NCBI GenBank assembly: GCA_049515455.1
Contig: JBEKUB010000005.1
Coordinates: 82,858 to 146,857 of the forward strand
Origin: Terracidiphilus sp.
GTDB taxonomy: Bacteria; Acidobacteriota; Terriglobia; Terriglobales; Acidobacteriaceae
DNA length: 64,000 bases
Reading direction: 5' to 3'
Part shown: piece by piece, positions 39,007-48,815 of the stretch
Numbering within the stretch: position 1 is the first letter of the stretch
Layout of the letters: every line of letters starts with the position of its first letter
Notes under the pieces: generated by a model
Told to the model about the DNA's origin: nothing
The model's database searches: none
Seen by the model: the letters and a program-made list of their open reading frames with translations, nothing else
Translations under genes and position numbers: made by a program

Positions 39007-39903
39007 CTACCCATTCAACTGCTTCACATCCGCCAGAATCTGCTCCGCCGTCCACTCGTTGCCGGGATAGAAGCGCACAACTTTGCCGTCCGGCCCAATC
39101 AACGTGGTTGAAAGCGTGTGCGTAATCGTCTCGTCCGCTCCGTACGTAATACCCACATCAAAGAACTTCGCCATTTCCAGCAGCTCAGCCTTGCCCGCCA
39201 CGGCAAAATCCCAGTGCGCAAAAGCACGGCTCGCATCGCCGCCGATATAGGTAGCCCCATAGGCCCGCAACCTCTCCGGCGTATCGTGTTCCGGATCGAA
39301 GCTGATGCAAATCAGGTGCGTCTTCCCATAGAGGGCCGGAGTGGCCGCCAGCTCCTTGTCGATCACCGCAAAGTTCCGCGTCACACGTGGACAGAAATCA
39401 GGCAACGGGCAATGAGTATAGATAAAAGTAATCAGCACCGCCTTGCCCTTGAACTGCCCCAGGTGGATCGCCCGCCCGTCTTGATTCCTCAGCTTGAAAT
39501 CCGGCACCACATCTCCCGCTGCCGGCACATGATAGCTGACTACTGGCCGATAATCCGCCCTGGCCTGCCCCACCACAACAATATGATCCAGAAGATAGTC
39601 CGCATTCGGGTCCGGCGAAACCAGCACGTCCGCCGTAATTACGTCCCCCGGATGCAGTTCACTCAGAATGCTCGCGTCCTTCAATTTGTAAGGCATAGTC
39701 ATCGCGTCCATGAAGCCTGGAATGGCTTCATGATTCAGCGTAACCTCGCCTCTGGCGGAATCTGTTGAAACCACCTTGCCGCGAAGTTTATATACCTTGA
39801 AATTCTGCCCGGCGGCTGACTGTGTAGCCGCATTTTGTCCCGAACGGCACCCCGCAAGCGCAACCAACGCAAGCAACGAAATTGCAAAAATCCAGCGAAT
39901 CAC
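39007..39903 (-). CDS. Lipoprotein: CusF-like Cu-binding domain fused to SCO1/SenC domain
   Basis: Lipobox LAGC; HEAIPGFMDAMTMPY; FIYTHCPLPDFCP, SFDPEHDT, ITHT. Confidence 0.85.
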   Translation of the reverse strand: MIRWIFAISLLALVALAGCRSGQNAATQSAAGQNFKVYKLRGKVVSTDSARGEVTLNHEAIPGFMDAMTMPYKLKDASILSELHPGDVITADVLVSPDPNADYLLDHIVVVGQARADYRPVVSYHVPAAGDVVPDFKLRNQDGRAIHLGQFKGKAVLITFIYTHCPLPDFCPRVTRNFAVIDKELAATPALYGKTHLICISFDPEHDTPERLRAYGATYIGGDASRAFAHWDFAVAGKAELLEMAKFFDVGITYGADETITHTLSTTLIGPDGKVVRFYPGNEWTAEQILADVKQLNG

Positions 39904-39946
39904 GAGTCCAGTGTACAACCTGTGAATAGACCAATGCCGGAGAAGC

Positions 39947-39992
39947 GGGTGCCCCAGGTCCCTCGCTTTTGGGGACCTGGGAAACCACAAAC
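39947..39992. repeat. REP-like hairpin, family A
   Basis: GGGTG-CCCAGGTCCC-tcgcttttg-GGGACCTGGG-aaaccacaaac. Confidence 0.85.
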
Positions 39993-40007
39993 TGCGCGGT
40001 CACGCTT

Positions 40008-40895
40008 CTAGCAATAAACCTCCGGAATAAAATTCTGCTCGCTCTTGGGCGGCCTTACGTACTTCGATTTTTCCAGCTTGGGCAGAACCAGATGCTCCGG
40101 CGTCAGATCGCGATAAGGAATCATCGACAGCAAATGACGAATCACGTTGAGCCGTGCGCACTTTTTATTCTCGGCATCCACCACATACCACGGTGCCTGC
40201 TTGGTGTCAGTTACCGCCAGCATCTCGTCCTTGGCGCGCGAGTACTCCGCCCAATGCTTGCGCGACTCCAAATCCATGGGGCTCAGCTTCCATCGCTTGG
40301 TCGGCTTATCCATCCGATCCTGAAAGCGCCGTTCCTGCTCCGCATCGCTCACTGAGAACCAATACTTGAGCAGAATAATTCCCGATCGCAGCAGCATGCG
40401 CTCGAACTCCGGGCAGCTCTGCATAAACTCCAGATACTGCTTATCGGTGCAAAATCCCATCACGTGCTCTACCCCGGCGCGGTTATACCAACTGCGATCG
40501 AAGAGCACCATCTCGCCCGCCGCCGGCAGATGCGCAACATATCTCTGAAAATACCACTGCGTCTTTTCGCGCTCGGTCGGCGTGGTGAGCGCGACGACCC
40601 GGCAGACGCGCGGGTTGAGCGATTCGGTGATCCGTTTGATAGCCCCGCCCTTGCCAGCCGCATCCCGCCCTTCAAAAAGCACCACCACGCGCAGATTCTC
40701 GTGCCGAACCCATTCCTGGAGCTTCACCAGCTCCACCTGCAGGCGGCGCAGTTCGCGCTCGTAGTCGCAGTCTTTGCCCAAATGCAAAATCGTGCCCTTG
40801 GTTGACCCCGGTAATTTGGTAGCGTGATGATCTCCCTTTAAAGGGTGTCCTGACTCTTCCGCGCGATGGTGGTTCTGTCTGTTCTTGCCGCCCAC
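40008..40895 (-). CDS. ppk2: Polyphosphate kinase 2
   Basis: FEGRDAAGKGG, FDRSWYNR, WKLSPMD. Confidence 0.95.
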   Translation of the reverse strand: MGGKNRQNHHRAEESGHPLKGDHHATKLPGSTKGTILHLGKDCDYERELRRLQVELVKLQEWVRHENLRVVVLFEGRDAAGKGGAIKRITESLNPRVCRVVALTTPTEREKTQWYFQRYVAHLPAAGEMVLFDRSWYNRAGVEHVMGFCTDKQYLEFMQSCPEFERMLLRSGIILLKYWFSVSDAEQERRFQDRMDKPTKRWKLSPMDLESRKHWAEYSRAKDEMLAVTDTKQAPWYVVDAENKKCARLNVIRHLLSMIPYRDLTPEHLVLPKLEKSKYVRPPKSEQNFIPEVYC

Positions 40896-41412
40896 TTGCC
40901 TGCCTCCACTCCTGAATCAATTGATTAGAACGAATTCGCAATAACCATAGCCCCTGAAAACTCGGAGCTAACATATTGATATTTAAGGAAATCAACACCT
41001 CAGGGCTGTGACTTTGGATACAACGCGTGAATGGGCCACCGGCTAAGAAACCGCGCCCAACTCCATCATCCGTAGCACACACCCGCCAGTCTGCCATCTC
41101 ACATATCGGCAAAATTCAAATCTTTATTACAATAAATGCGGCAACTTATACTCTGACGAGGAGTTAGCTAACCAGCTGGTTATTTGAAATCTTCTTTTTA
41201 GAACGTCGGAAGAACGAGGCGTTTAATTAAAAATCTCGTTCTAACGGATTGAAGTGCGGAACTGTCCGCCGCTTCGTTCAATGAAATCAATCATCCTGGG
41301 ATGTCCATAGAAATCTAAATAAGTCGATGCTACTCTACGTGGTATAGGGCGCAGATCCCCTTGCAAGCGAACCGGACCCAACCTGAGACCGACCCCCATC
41401 AAAGGAGGAACC

Positions 41413-43215
41413 ATGGTTCGTAAATCAGTTTTATTTTCCCTCGCAATCGTCGCGCTTGGGATCGTGACCATCTATTCCCAGGCGCAGTCCGTGCTCACTC
41501 ATCACGTCCGTGAAGCGACGCGCAACGGCCGGGCAAAGTCGCTCAGGCGCCTTCCGGCGGATCAGGTTTTGCAGTTGAACATTGTGCTCCCGCTCAGCGA
41601 TCAAGCCGGCCTGGATGCCTTCCTGAAAGATGTGTACAACCCCTCCAGCCCTCACTACCGGCATTTCCTCACCGTGGCGGAGTTCACCTCCCGCTTTGGT
41701 CCAAGCCAAAAGAACTATAAGGCCGTGCTTCATTTCGCGAAAAACAGCAACCTCACGGTCGTTGGCGGATCCCGCGATGCCATGGACGTGCAGGTCAAAG
41801 GCACGGTTTCGGCCATTGAGAAGGCGTTCCACGTGAAAATGCGCACCTACCAGCACCCCACCGAGAACCGCACCTTCTACGCCCCGGACCGCGAACCCAC
41901 TACAAACCTGAAATTCTCGCTCTGGCACATCTCCGGCCTTGACAACGACTCCATCCCCCATCCTCTTTTCGTCAAGAGGAGCGACTACGCCAAGGCCCAC
42001 AACCTGAAGCCGGCCGACGTCGTCACCCATGCCACCACTGGCTCCGGCCCCTCAGCTTCGTTCCTGGGCAGCGATATGCGCGCGGCCTACTATGGTGGAA
42101 CCGCACTCACCGGCGCCGGCCAGAACCTCGGATTATTCGAGTACGCGGGCACCGACCTGGCAGACCTGTCCAGCTACTTCAGCAGCATCGGCCAAACCAA
42201 CAATGTTCCCGTCACCCTCTACTCCGTGGACGGCACCAGCACCGCCTGCGAGGATTCGAGCGCCGGCGGCAGCTGCGACGACACTGAGCAAACCCTTGAC
42301 ATGACCCAGGCCATCGGCATGGCTCCCGACCTGGCCAGCCTGGTCATGTACGTCGGCGCCACCGATACGGCCATCATCGGCGCCATGACCACCCACAGCC
42401 CTCTGCCCACCACCATCGGTTGTTCGTGGGGCTGGACGCCGGCCGATAACACCACCCTTGACCCCTACTTCCAAAAGATGGCCGCCCAGGGCCAAAATTT
42501 CTTTGCAGCCTCCGGAGATAACTCCAACTGGTCGGCGAGCAATGAGGCGTGGCCGGCCGACGATGCCAATGTCGTTTCTGTCGGCGGCACGGACTTGGTC
42601 ACCGCCAGCGCGGCCGGCCCCTGGAAGTCGGAAACCGCATGGTCCGATAGCGGCGGCGGCATCTCTCCTGACCAAATCCCCATCCCCGCCTGGCAGCAGC
42701 TCCCGGACGTCATCAACTCCAGCAACCAGGGTTCCACAACTCTGCGCAACGGTCCCGACGTTTCGGCCAATGCGGATTTCACCTTCTATACCTGCGCCGA
42801 CCAGACCGCCTGCCAGGCAAATCAGTACGGCGGCACCAGCTTTGCCGCGCCCATGTGGGCCGGTTACATTGCGCTCGTCAACCAGCAGTTGGCGAACCTC
42901 GGCCAGCCGCCCATCGGCTTCCTCAACCCCACCATCTACGCGCAAAATGTGACGTCGGCTTACAAAGCCGACTTCCACGACATCACCAGCGGCACATCCG
43001 GCAGCTATTCCGCAGTCACCGGCTACGATCTGGTCACCGGATGGGGCAGTCCGAACGGCGCCGCCCTGATCAACGCCCTTGCGCCACAACCCGCAACATC
43101 GCCCACCTTTGGCTTCCTCGCCTCGCCCGGATCCAGCTCTGGGACAGAGGGGAGCAATGGAGAATCCACCAATACCACAACGGAGACGAGCGGCTCAGGC
43201 CCGGCGGTGGACTGA
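41413..43215 (+). CDS. Sedolisin/kumamolisin-like S53 protease with pro-domain
   Basis: Signal peptide, pro-kumamolisin region, EQTLD, AASGD, GGTSFAAP, Ca-site GYDLVTGWGSP; AAGGAGG RBS. Confidence 0.93.
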   Translation: MVRKSVLFSLAIVALGIVTIYSQAQSVLTHHVREATRNGRAKSLRRLPADQVLQLNIVLPLSDQAGLDAFLKDVYNPSSPHYRHFLTVAEFTSRFGPSQKNYKAVLHFAKNSNLTVVGGSRDAMDVQVKGTVSAIEKAFHVKMRTYQHPTENRTFYAPDREPTTNLKFSLWHISGLDNDSIPHPLFVKRSDYAKAHNLKPADVVTHATTGSGPSASFLGSDMRAAYYGGTALTGAGQNLGLFEYAGTDLADLSSYFSSIGQTNNVPVTLYSVDGTSTACEDSSAGGSCDDTEQTLDMTQAIGMAPDLASLVMYVGATDTAIIGAMTTHSPLPTTIGCSWGWTPADNTTLDPYFQKMAAQGQNFFAASGDNSNWSASNEAWPADDANVVSVGGTDLVTASAAGPWKSETAWSDSGGGISPDQIPIPAWQQLPDVINSSNQGSTTLRNGPDVSANADFTFYTCADQTACQANQYGGTSFAAPMWAGYIALVNQQLANLGQPPIGFLNPTIYAQNVTSAYKADFHDITSGTSGSYSAVTGYDLVTGWGSPNGAALINALAPQPATSPTFGFLASPGSSSGTEGSNGESTNTTTETSGSGPAVD

Positions 43216-43259
43216 AGAGTCCGGGCCCTTTTCGTTGTCAACGCTGAAATCCAGATGCA

Positions 43260-44627
43260 TCAATTGTGAACAGCAGGCAACTTCGCTTCTACCGGTTCCA
43301 CGCGAACTTTAGCAATGCGTCGGCCTTCCATTTCGACCACGGTAAGTCGCCGTCCGTCGTAGACGATGTTCTCGCCCGGCTCTGGGATGTGACCCAATCG
43401 CATCAGGACGAAACCGGCCAGAGTCTCCACCCCTCCGTCGCGGGGCAGGCTCCATTGCATCTGCGTTTCCAGATCGCGCAGGTTCACGCCTCCGTCCATC
43501 AGCAGCGCACCGCTCGCAGTGGTAAGAACAGGGACGGCAGGCGAGTCAAACTCATCTTCCAGCTCCCCGGTGAGCTGCTCGATTGCGTCCTCGGCCGTCA
43601 CCAGGCCGACGGTCGAGCCGTATTCGTCCACCACAATGGCCAAATGGCGCCGTCGCTGTTGAAAGTCGCCGATCAGGTCAAGGACAGACTTGGTCTCCGG
43701 TACAACCATCACGTCGCGCATCACCTGGTTGAGTTTCAATTCCACAAAGGACGGAGCGGCAGGCAGCGCCGTGGATCGGAAGTACATAAGCCGCGCCAGG
43801 TCCTTGGAATAAACAACTCCGACAATGTGCTCCGGACCGCGAGTCTCGTCGTAGACCGGCACTCGGGAGTGTTTGCGCTCAATCACTTTGGCGCTGGCTT
43901 CTTCAACCAGCATGTTAGAAGGCAGAGAAAAAATCTTCTGCCGCGGGGTCATGATCTCGCGAATGGAAACATCTTCCAGTTCCAGCGCGCGATGGATAAG
44001 CGTCTCCTGAAAACGAGGCAGCAGCCCCATACGGCGGGCTGAGGTGGCAATCAACTTGAGTTCCTCAGGAGAGTGCACAGTGCCCTTCTGCGTCATGGGA
44101 ATATCAAACCCGCGCAGGATCACCGCGGCCGATCCACTGAGGAAGCGAACAGCGGGTCGAGCCAGCGTCATGAAGACCAGCATAGGCTGGGCAACGGCGA
44201 CCGCCAGAGCCTCCGCCCTCCGCAGGGCCAGCGACTTGGGCACCAGTTCGCCCACCACCACGTGGAAGTAAGTGATAACAGCAAAGCCCAGTGTGATGGC
44301 AACAATGTGGGCGTAGATGCGCACATAAGCCTGGCTCAGCGGCAGAACTCCCATCCAGCCCATCAGAACTGAAGCGGCCAATGGTTCGCCCAGCCAGCCG
44401 AGGGCCAGCGAGCAAAGGGTAACGCCGAGTTGGACGGCAGGCAGAAAGTCGCCCAGATCCTGTTGCAGGCGGCGGACGGCGCGCGCGCCAGGAACTCGGT
44501 TGGTGAGCATCTGTTCAATGCGGGTATCGCGAATGGAAACCAGCGCGAACTCCGCCGCAACAAAAAACGCGTTGGCCAGGATGAGCATGGCCACGGCAAC
44601 AAATTGCATCAGGGGCAGACCGTGCAT
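43260..44627 (-). CDS. HlyC/CorC family transporter-associated protein (DUF21-CBS-CorC)
   Basis: NAFFVAAEFAL, GELVPK, HSRVPV, VDEYGSTVGLVT, ETLAGFV. Confidence 0.93.
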   Translation of the reverse strand: MHGLPLMQFVAVAMLILANAFFVAAEFALVSIRDTRIEQMLTNRVPGARAVRRLQQDLGDFLPAVQLGVTLCSLALGWLGEPLAASVLMGWMGVLPLSQAYVRIYAHIVAITLGFAVITYFHVVVGELVPKSLALRRAEALAVAVAQPMLVFMTLARPAVRFLSGSAAVILRGFDIPMTQKGTVHSPEELKLIATSARRMGLLPRFQETLIHRALELEDVSIREIMTPRQKIFSLPSNMLVEEASAKVIERKHSRVPVYDETRGPEHIVGVVYSKDLARLMYFRSTALPAAPSFVELKLNQVMRDVMVVPETKSVLDLIGDFQQRRRHLAIVVDEYGSTVGLVTAEDAIEQLTGELEDEFDSPAVPVLTTASGALLMDGGVNLRDLETQMQWSLPRDGGVETLAGFVLMRLGHIPEPGENIVYDGRRLTVVEMEGRRIAKVRVEPVEAKLPAVHN

Positions 44628-44743
44628 CTCGATCTGCAGAATAGCATTGAATAGGGCTCAGAGATCAGAATCGGTTTAGCCCTCGCCAGCCCCATGGAAC
44701 CAAAACGCGCCGGTTTTCGTACGATGGAACAGGAGTAGAGGCG

Positions 44744-45586
44744 ATGACCAGGATCAACCAACTTTGGATTGCAGCAACAGCCGCTTTGGCCCTGGCTGCG
44801 ATTCCGGCACTGGCCTCAGAGGCCACCTTCGAGCGCAACCTGACTGTGAATGGCCGTGTCGAGCTTTCGGTCGCGACCGGCTCCGGCTATATCCACTTGA
44901 CCCATGGCTCGGGCAATCAGGTGCATGTGGTCGGCCATGTAAAGTCCGGCTGGGGCGCGAGCGATGAGCAGGTCAAGCAGATCGCGGCCAACCCCCCGAT
45001 CGATCAGACGGGCAATATCATCCGCATCGGCGCTCGCCACCAGAACCTGCACAATATCAGCATCGACTATGAAATCCAAGCACCGGCCGACGCCTACCTG
45101 GATGCCGGAACCGGCTCAGGCGACGTGAACGATGACGGCGTAGGAGAAAATGCCAAACTGAATACCGGCTCGGGAAGTATTCACGCCACGGGGCTGCACG
45201 GTGGAATTCAGGTGGAGACAGGCTCCGGCGACATCTACGCCGAGCAGACCGGGCAGGGTAACGTGAAGGCCAGTACTGGTTCCGGCAGCATCGAGTTGCG
45301 CAACCTCAACGGCGGCCTGAAAGCAGAGACGGGCTCAGGCAGCATCAAACTGGGCGGAGTGCCAACCGCATCCTGGAACATTCAAACGGGCTCCGGCAGC
45401 GTGGACTACTGGCCCGGCAACGCCGCGCTCACTCTGGACGCAGAAACCGGATCGGGCAGCGTTCACTCCGACCATGAAGTCACAACCCAAGGCGATTCGG
45501 ACCGGCATCACTTGACCGGTAAGTTGAACGGTGGCGGCCCGACCGTGCACATCGAAACCGGCTCCGGCAACATTCGGATTTACTAG
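44744..45586 (+). CDS. DUF4097-like beta-strand repeat exported protein
   Basis: Signal peptide; about nine xTGSG(S/D)(I/V) repeats at ~19-aa spacing. Confidence 0.85.
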   Translation: MTRINQLWIAATAALALAAIPALASEATFERNLTVNGRVELSVATGSGYIHLTHGSGNQVHVVGHVKSGWGASDEQVKQIAANPPIDQTGNIIRIGARHQNLHNISIDYEIQAPADAYLDAGTGSGDVNDDGVGENAKLNTGSGSIHATGLHGGIQVETGSGDIYAEQTGQGNVKASTGSGSIELRNLNGGLKAETGSGSIKLGGVPTASWNIQTGSGSVDYWPGNAALTLDAETGSGSVHSDHEVTTQGDSDRHHLTGKLNGGGPTVHIETGSGNIRIY

Positions 45587-45607
45587 AAGCCGTTTCATAG
45601 CCTGCTC

Positions 45608-45674
45608 TTGAAAGAGCACGGCTTCAGCCGTGCCACCACAGAGAGGGATAATCGCGGGCTTTAGCCCCTGAGGG
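45608..45674. repeat. REP-like element, family D
   Basis: TTGAAAGAGCACGGCTTCAGCCGTGCC ... GGGCTTTAGCCCCTGAGGG. Confidence 0.85.
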
Positions 45675-45694
45675 AAAAAACTTAAATATCAGAA

Positions 45695-45756
45695 CTGTCA
45701 TCCTGAGCGAAGCCTTTCGCAGCTTCATCGCGAGAGGCGCAGTCGAAGGACCTGCT
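45695..45756. repeat. REP-like element, family C
   Basis: CTGTCATCCTGAGCG...AGTCGAAGGACCTGC; related to 47194-47298. Confidence 0.8.
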
Positions 45757-45786
45757 TTTGCTTTTTCCGCCGCCGATTCCCTTCCT

Positions 45787-47163
45787 CTACTCGTCGCTTG
45801 CCCGGCTAACAATAGCAACTCGAAAATACGGCTTTGTCTTTTCCACCGGGTCCGCCGCAAACTCCTGTTCAGTCTTCGCAGCATCGTAATCGCGCCACAG
45901 CCAGATCATCGACTCAGGAAATTCCGCCGCCCCCTGCGCGCCGTTGTGCGTCCCTCTGCCGAACGCAAAGTGAAAATCGTAATCCTTGGTCTTCAGAGAG
46001 TTGGCCATGCGAATGTTAGCCAGCGGCCAGCTCCCCCAGCGCGGATTCTCCATATCCTCCGCCCCATCCTGCAACCACACGCGAATATTGCGCTTCGGCT
46101 CGCGCAGAATCTTGTCGGGATAATCCTGTCCGCCGTCATGAATCGCCGGATTTTCCTTCCATTGAATATTGGTAAAGCTGCCGATCAGCGAGAGAACGCG
46201 GCTGAAATAATCCGGCATCTGCCAGGCCGCGTTGAAACTGCAAATCCCGCCTGAAGAAGCGCCCGTAATGGCGTGGCTGTAAGCGTCCTGGCGCAAATTG
46301 TATTTGGCGCCCACCTCCGCCAGCACCTCCTCGCGTAGGAAGTGTGCGTACCGGTTGCTCACCGTGTCGTAAAGCGTACTGCGCATGGCATCCTTGAGTG
46401 TGCGCCCCCACCTATCCGCATGGCCTTTCACAAAGTCATAGGTAGGCGTGCCCGGCGAACCGGAAATATCTCCGGGATTGATAAATACGCAGATCATCAC
46501 CGGAATTTTCTTTTGCGCGATCAGATTGTCGATCACATTCAGTGCGGGGTTGTCTCCATCGCGGTGAATGGAACCGCCTCCATCCTGAAAAACCATCACG
46601 GCGGCGGGAACCTTCGGATCGTATTGCGCAGGCACATAGATCCAATACTCGCTTTTCATTCCGTCGTAGATCTTGCTGGTGTGGATGAGCTTCTCAGAAA
46701 GCTTGCCTGAAGGAACCCCGGGCTGAAGATACGAGAGCGGCCCGAAGACCGGCAAATCGAGCGATCCGCCAAACTTCGCCCCATCCACCAGAAAATAAAA
46801 CTGGTGCGCTCTGCCCACCTGATCGATGTGCGCGGTTGCATACCAGAGAGCCGGACCCGCCGCTGAATTCTCCGCCGCAACCTGCTGCATCGCCGAAGTC
46901 ATGTTTGCATCGATGATCAGCGTCGGCGCAGTAGCCGCCTCAACAGCAAAAAAGAACGCCGGCCCTTGCCCAGCCCATGCCGTGCCATTCTTCAAATCCT
47001 TCGCATCAAAGTTGCCCTCAATCGCCGCGCGCAGACCAGGATTGTGTGTTTGAGACAGCGCAATCAGTTCCGACGCTGACAACTTGCCCACAGTTTGGCT
47101 GTCCGCCACACAGGCGGCCAAAGTAAGCATCAGACCAAGCACTAACAAGAATGATTTACTCAT
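45787..47163 (-). CDS. Exported alpha/beta-hydrolase, Fes/enterochelin-esterase-like, paralog 1
   Basis: WIYVPAQY, MVFQDG, ITGASSGG, QDGAED, GTHN; signal peptide. Confidence 0.88.
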   Translation of the reverse strand: MSKSFLLVLGLMLTLAACVADSQTVGKLSASELIALSQTHNPGLRAAIEGNFDAKDLKNGTAWAGQGPAFFFAVEAATAPTLIIDANMTSAMQQVAAENSAAGPALWYATAHIDQVGRAHQFYFLVDGAKFGGSLDLPVFGPLSYLQPGVPSGKLSEKLIHTSKIYDGMKSEYWIYVPAQYDPKVPAAVMVFQDGGGSIHRDGDNPALNVIDNLIAQKKIPVMICVFINPGDISGSPGTPTYDFVKGHADRWGRTLKDAMRSTLYDTVSNRYAHFLREEVLAEVGAKYNLRQDAYSHAITGASSGGICSFNAAWQMPDYFSRVLSLIGSFTNIQWKENPAIHDGGQDYPDKILREPKRNIRVWLQDGAEDMENPRWGSWPLANIRMANSLKTKDYDFHFAFGRGTHNGAQGAAEFPESMIWLWRDYDAAKTEQEFAADPVEKTKPYFRVAIVSRASDE

Positions 47164-47189
47164 GCTGCTGATGGTATACGGCAGGGAAT

Positions 47190-47300
47190 AAAGCTGTCAC
47201 CCTGAGCGTCAACGAAAGCCTGTCATCCTGAGCGCCAGTTAAAGCCTGTCATCCTGAGCGACCCTGAGCACAGCGAAGGGGAGTCGAAGGATCTGCGGTT
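47190..47300. repeat. Family C element with 26-bp tandem triplication of its 5' arm
   Basis: TGTCA(C/T)CCTGAGCG at 47195, 47221, 47247, then GAGTCGAAGGATCTGC. Confidence 0.85.
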
Positions 47301-47387
47301 GCTTTTCTCTGCCTCAGTCTCACCCTTTCATGTCTGATCAATAATCTGATCATTTCAGTCGTTTGCCGCCAGCCAAGTTGCCTAGCC

Positions 47388-48755
47388 CTACTCATCGCTA
47401 TCCCGATTGATAATCGCTACCCTGAACAAAGGTTTACCCTTCTCCTCCGGGTCCGGCTTGAACTCATCGGAGGTCTTCGCCGGATCGTAGTCCCGCCAAA
47501 GCCAGATCATCTCCTTGGGAAATTCCGCCGCTCCCTGCGCCCAACTGTGCACGCCTTTGCCAAAGCTGAAGTGAAAGTCATAATCTCTGGTCTTCAGCGC
47601 ATTGGCCACGCGAATATTGTTCAGCGGCAAGCTGCCCCAGTGCTCGTTCTCCAAATCATCTGATGCATCGCGCAGCCAAATGCGCAGGTTACGCTTTGGC
47701 TCGCGCAAAATCTTGTCGGGATAATCCTGCCCGCCGTCGGGAAACGCCAGATTCTCCTTCCATTCCCGGCTGGCGAAGGCGGGCACTAGCGCAATCACCC
47801 GGCTGAACGTATCCGGCAGTTGCCAGGCCGCATTGAAGCTGCAAATGCCGCCTGAAGAAGCCCCGGTGATGGCGTGGCTATAAGCATCTTTGCGCAGGTT
47901 GTATTTGGCGCCCACCTCTACCAGCACCTCATCCCGCAGGAAGCGCGCATACCGGTCGCTCACCGTGTCGTAAAGCATGCTGCGCGTGGCGTCCTTCACA
48001 GGACCGCCCCACCGATCTGCTTGGCCTTTCACAAGGTCATAGGTAGGCGTGCCCGGCGATCCGGAAATATCGCCAGGGTCGATGAATACGCAAATCATCA
48101 CCGGGATTTTCTTCTGCGCAATCAGATTGTCGATCACGTTCAGCGTGTTGTTGTTCCCCTGGCGGCTCAAATAATCGCCCCCATCCTGAAAAACCATCAC
48201 GGCCGCGGGGACCTTCGGATCGTATTCCGCGGGAACATAAATCCAGTAATTGCTCTTCATCTCATCGTAAATTTTGCTGGTATGGACGATCGTTTCAGAA
48301 AGCTTGCCCGTGGGAACGCCTGGCAGCCGATAAGAGAGCGGGCCGAATACCGGCAGGTTCGGATGCTCACCGAGCTTCACCCCGTTCACCAGAAAGTAAA
48401 ACTGGTGCAGCCTACCGACCGGCTCAACATGCGCAATGGCATACCAGAGCGATGGCTCCTTCGCCGAGCCCTGAGCCGCCAGCATCGGCCGCCGCGCCCC
48501 TTCATCGATCACCAGCAACGGCGCCGTAGCCGCCTCGACGGCAAAAAAGAACTCCGGCCCTTCGCCCACCCACGCCGTACCATCCTTCAAAGACTGCGTG
48601 CCAAAACAGAATTCGATCGAAGAGCGCAACTTGGGACTGTGCGCCTGAGCCAGCGCAATCATCTCCGGCGCCGGAATCTTCCCCACAGGCGGGTTGTCTG
48701 CCGCACAAGGCAGGGCGAAGGTCACAACGATCAGAAATAAAAGCGACTTTTTCAT
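47388..48755 (-). CDS. Exported alpha/beta-hydrolase, Fes-like, paralog 2
   Basis: Same architecture as 45787-47163 with long identical blocks (VIDNLIAQKKIPVMICVFI, ITGASSGGICSFNAAWQ). Confidence 0.88.
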   Translation of the reverse strand: MKKSLLFLIVVTFALPCAADNPPVGKIPAPEMIALAQAHSPKLRSSIEFCFGTQSLKDGTAWVGEGPEFFFAVEAATAPLLVIDEGARRPMLAAQGSAKEPSLWYAIAHVEPVGRLHQFYFLVNGVKLGEHPNLPVFGPLSYRLPGVPTGKLSETIVHTSKIYDEMKSNYWIYVPAEYDPKVPAAVMVFQDGGDYLSRQGNNNTLNVIDNLIAQKKIPVMICVFIDPGDISGSPGTPTYDLVKGQADRWGGPVKDATRSMLYDTVSDRYARFLRDEVLVEVGAKYNLRKDAYSHAITGASSGGICSFNAAWQLPDTFSRVIALVPAFASREWKENLAFPDGGQDYPDKILREPKRNLRIWLRDASDDLENEHWGSLPLNNIRVANALKTRDYDFHFSFGKGVHSWAQGAAEFPKEMIWLWRDYDPAKTSDEFKPDPEEKGKPLFRVAIINRDSDE

Positions 48756-48815
48756 GAGGCCCATGGTAAACGGCAGATGAACCGCGCGGCAATCCGCACC
48801 CATTACACTGGAATC

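Noticed and set aside
41160-41412. Riboswitch upstream of the S53 protease
   Set aside because: One AGAACGAG/CTCGTTCT stem is present, but I could not match any aptamer consensus; an Rfam scan would be needed.
42133-43089. Long antisense ORFs (also 37796-38896, 47874-48740, 49050-49838, 26211-26891)
   Set aside because: They are shadows of strongly C-ending codon usage on the coding strand and show no motifs.
43260-44627. Haemolysin toxin
   Set aside because: The DUF21-CBS-CorC architecture indicates a CNNM/CorC ion-homeostasis protein.
47190-47265. Three direct repeats at a 26-bp period resembling a mini-CRISPR
   Set aside because: The variable parts are only ~6 nt, there are no cas genes, and the unit is the 5' arm of the family C element also seen at 45695.
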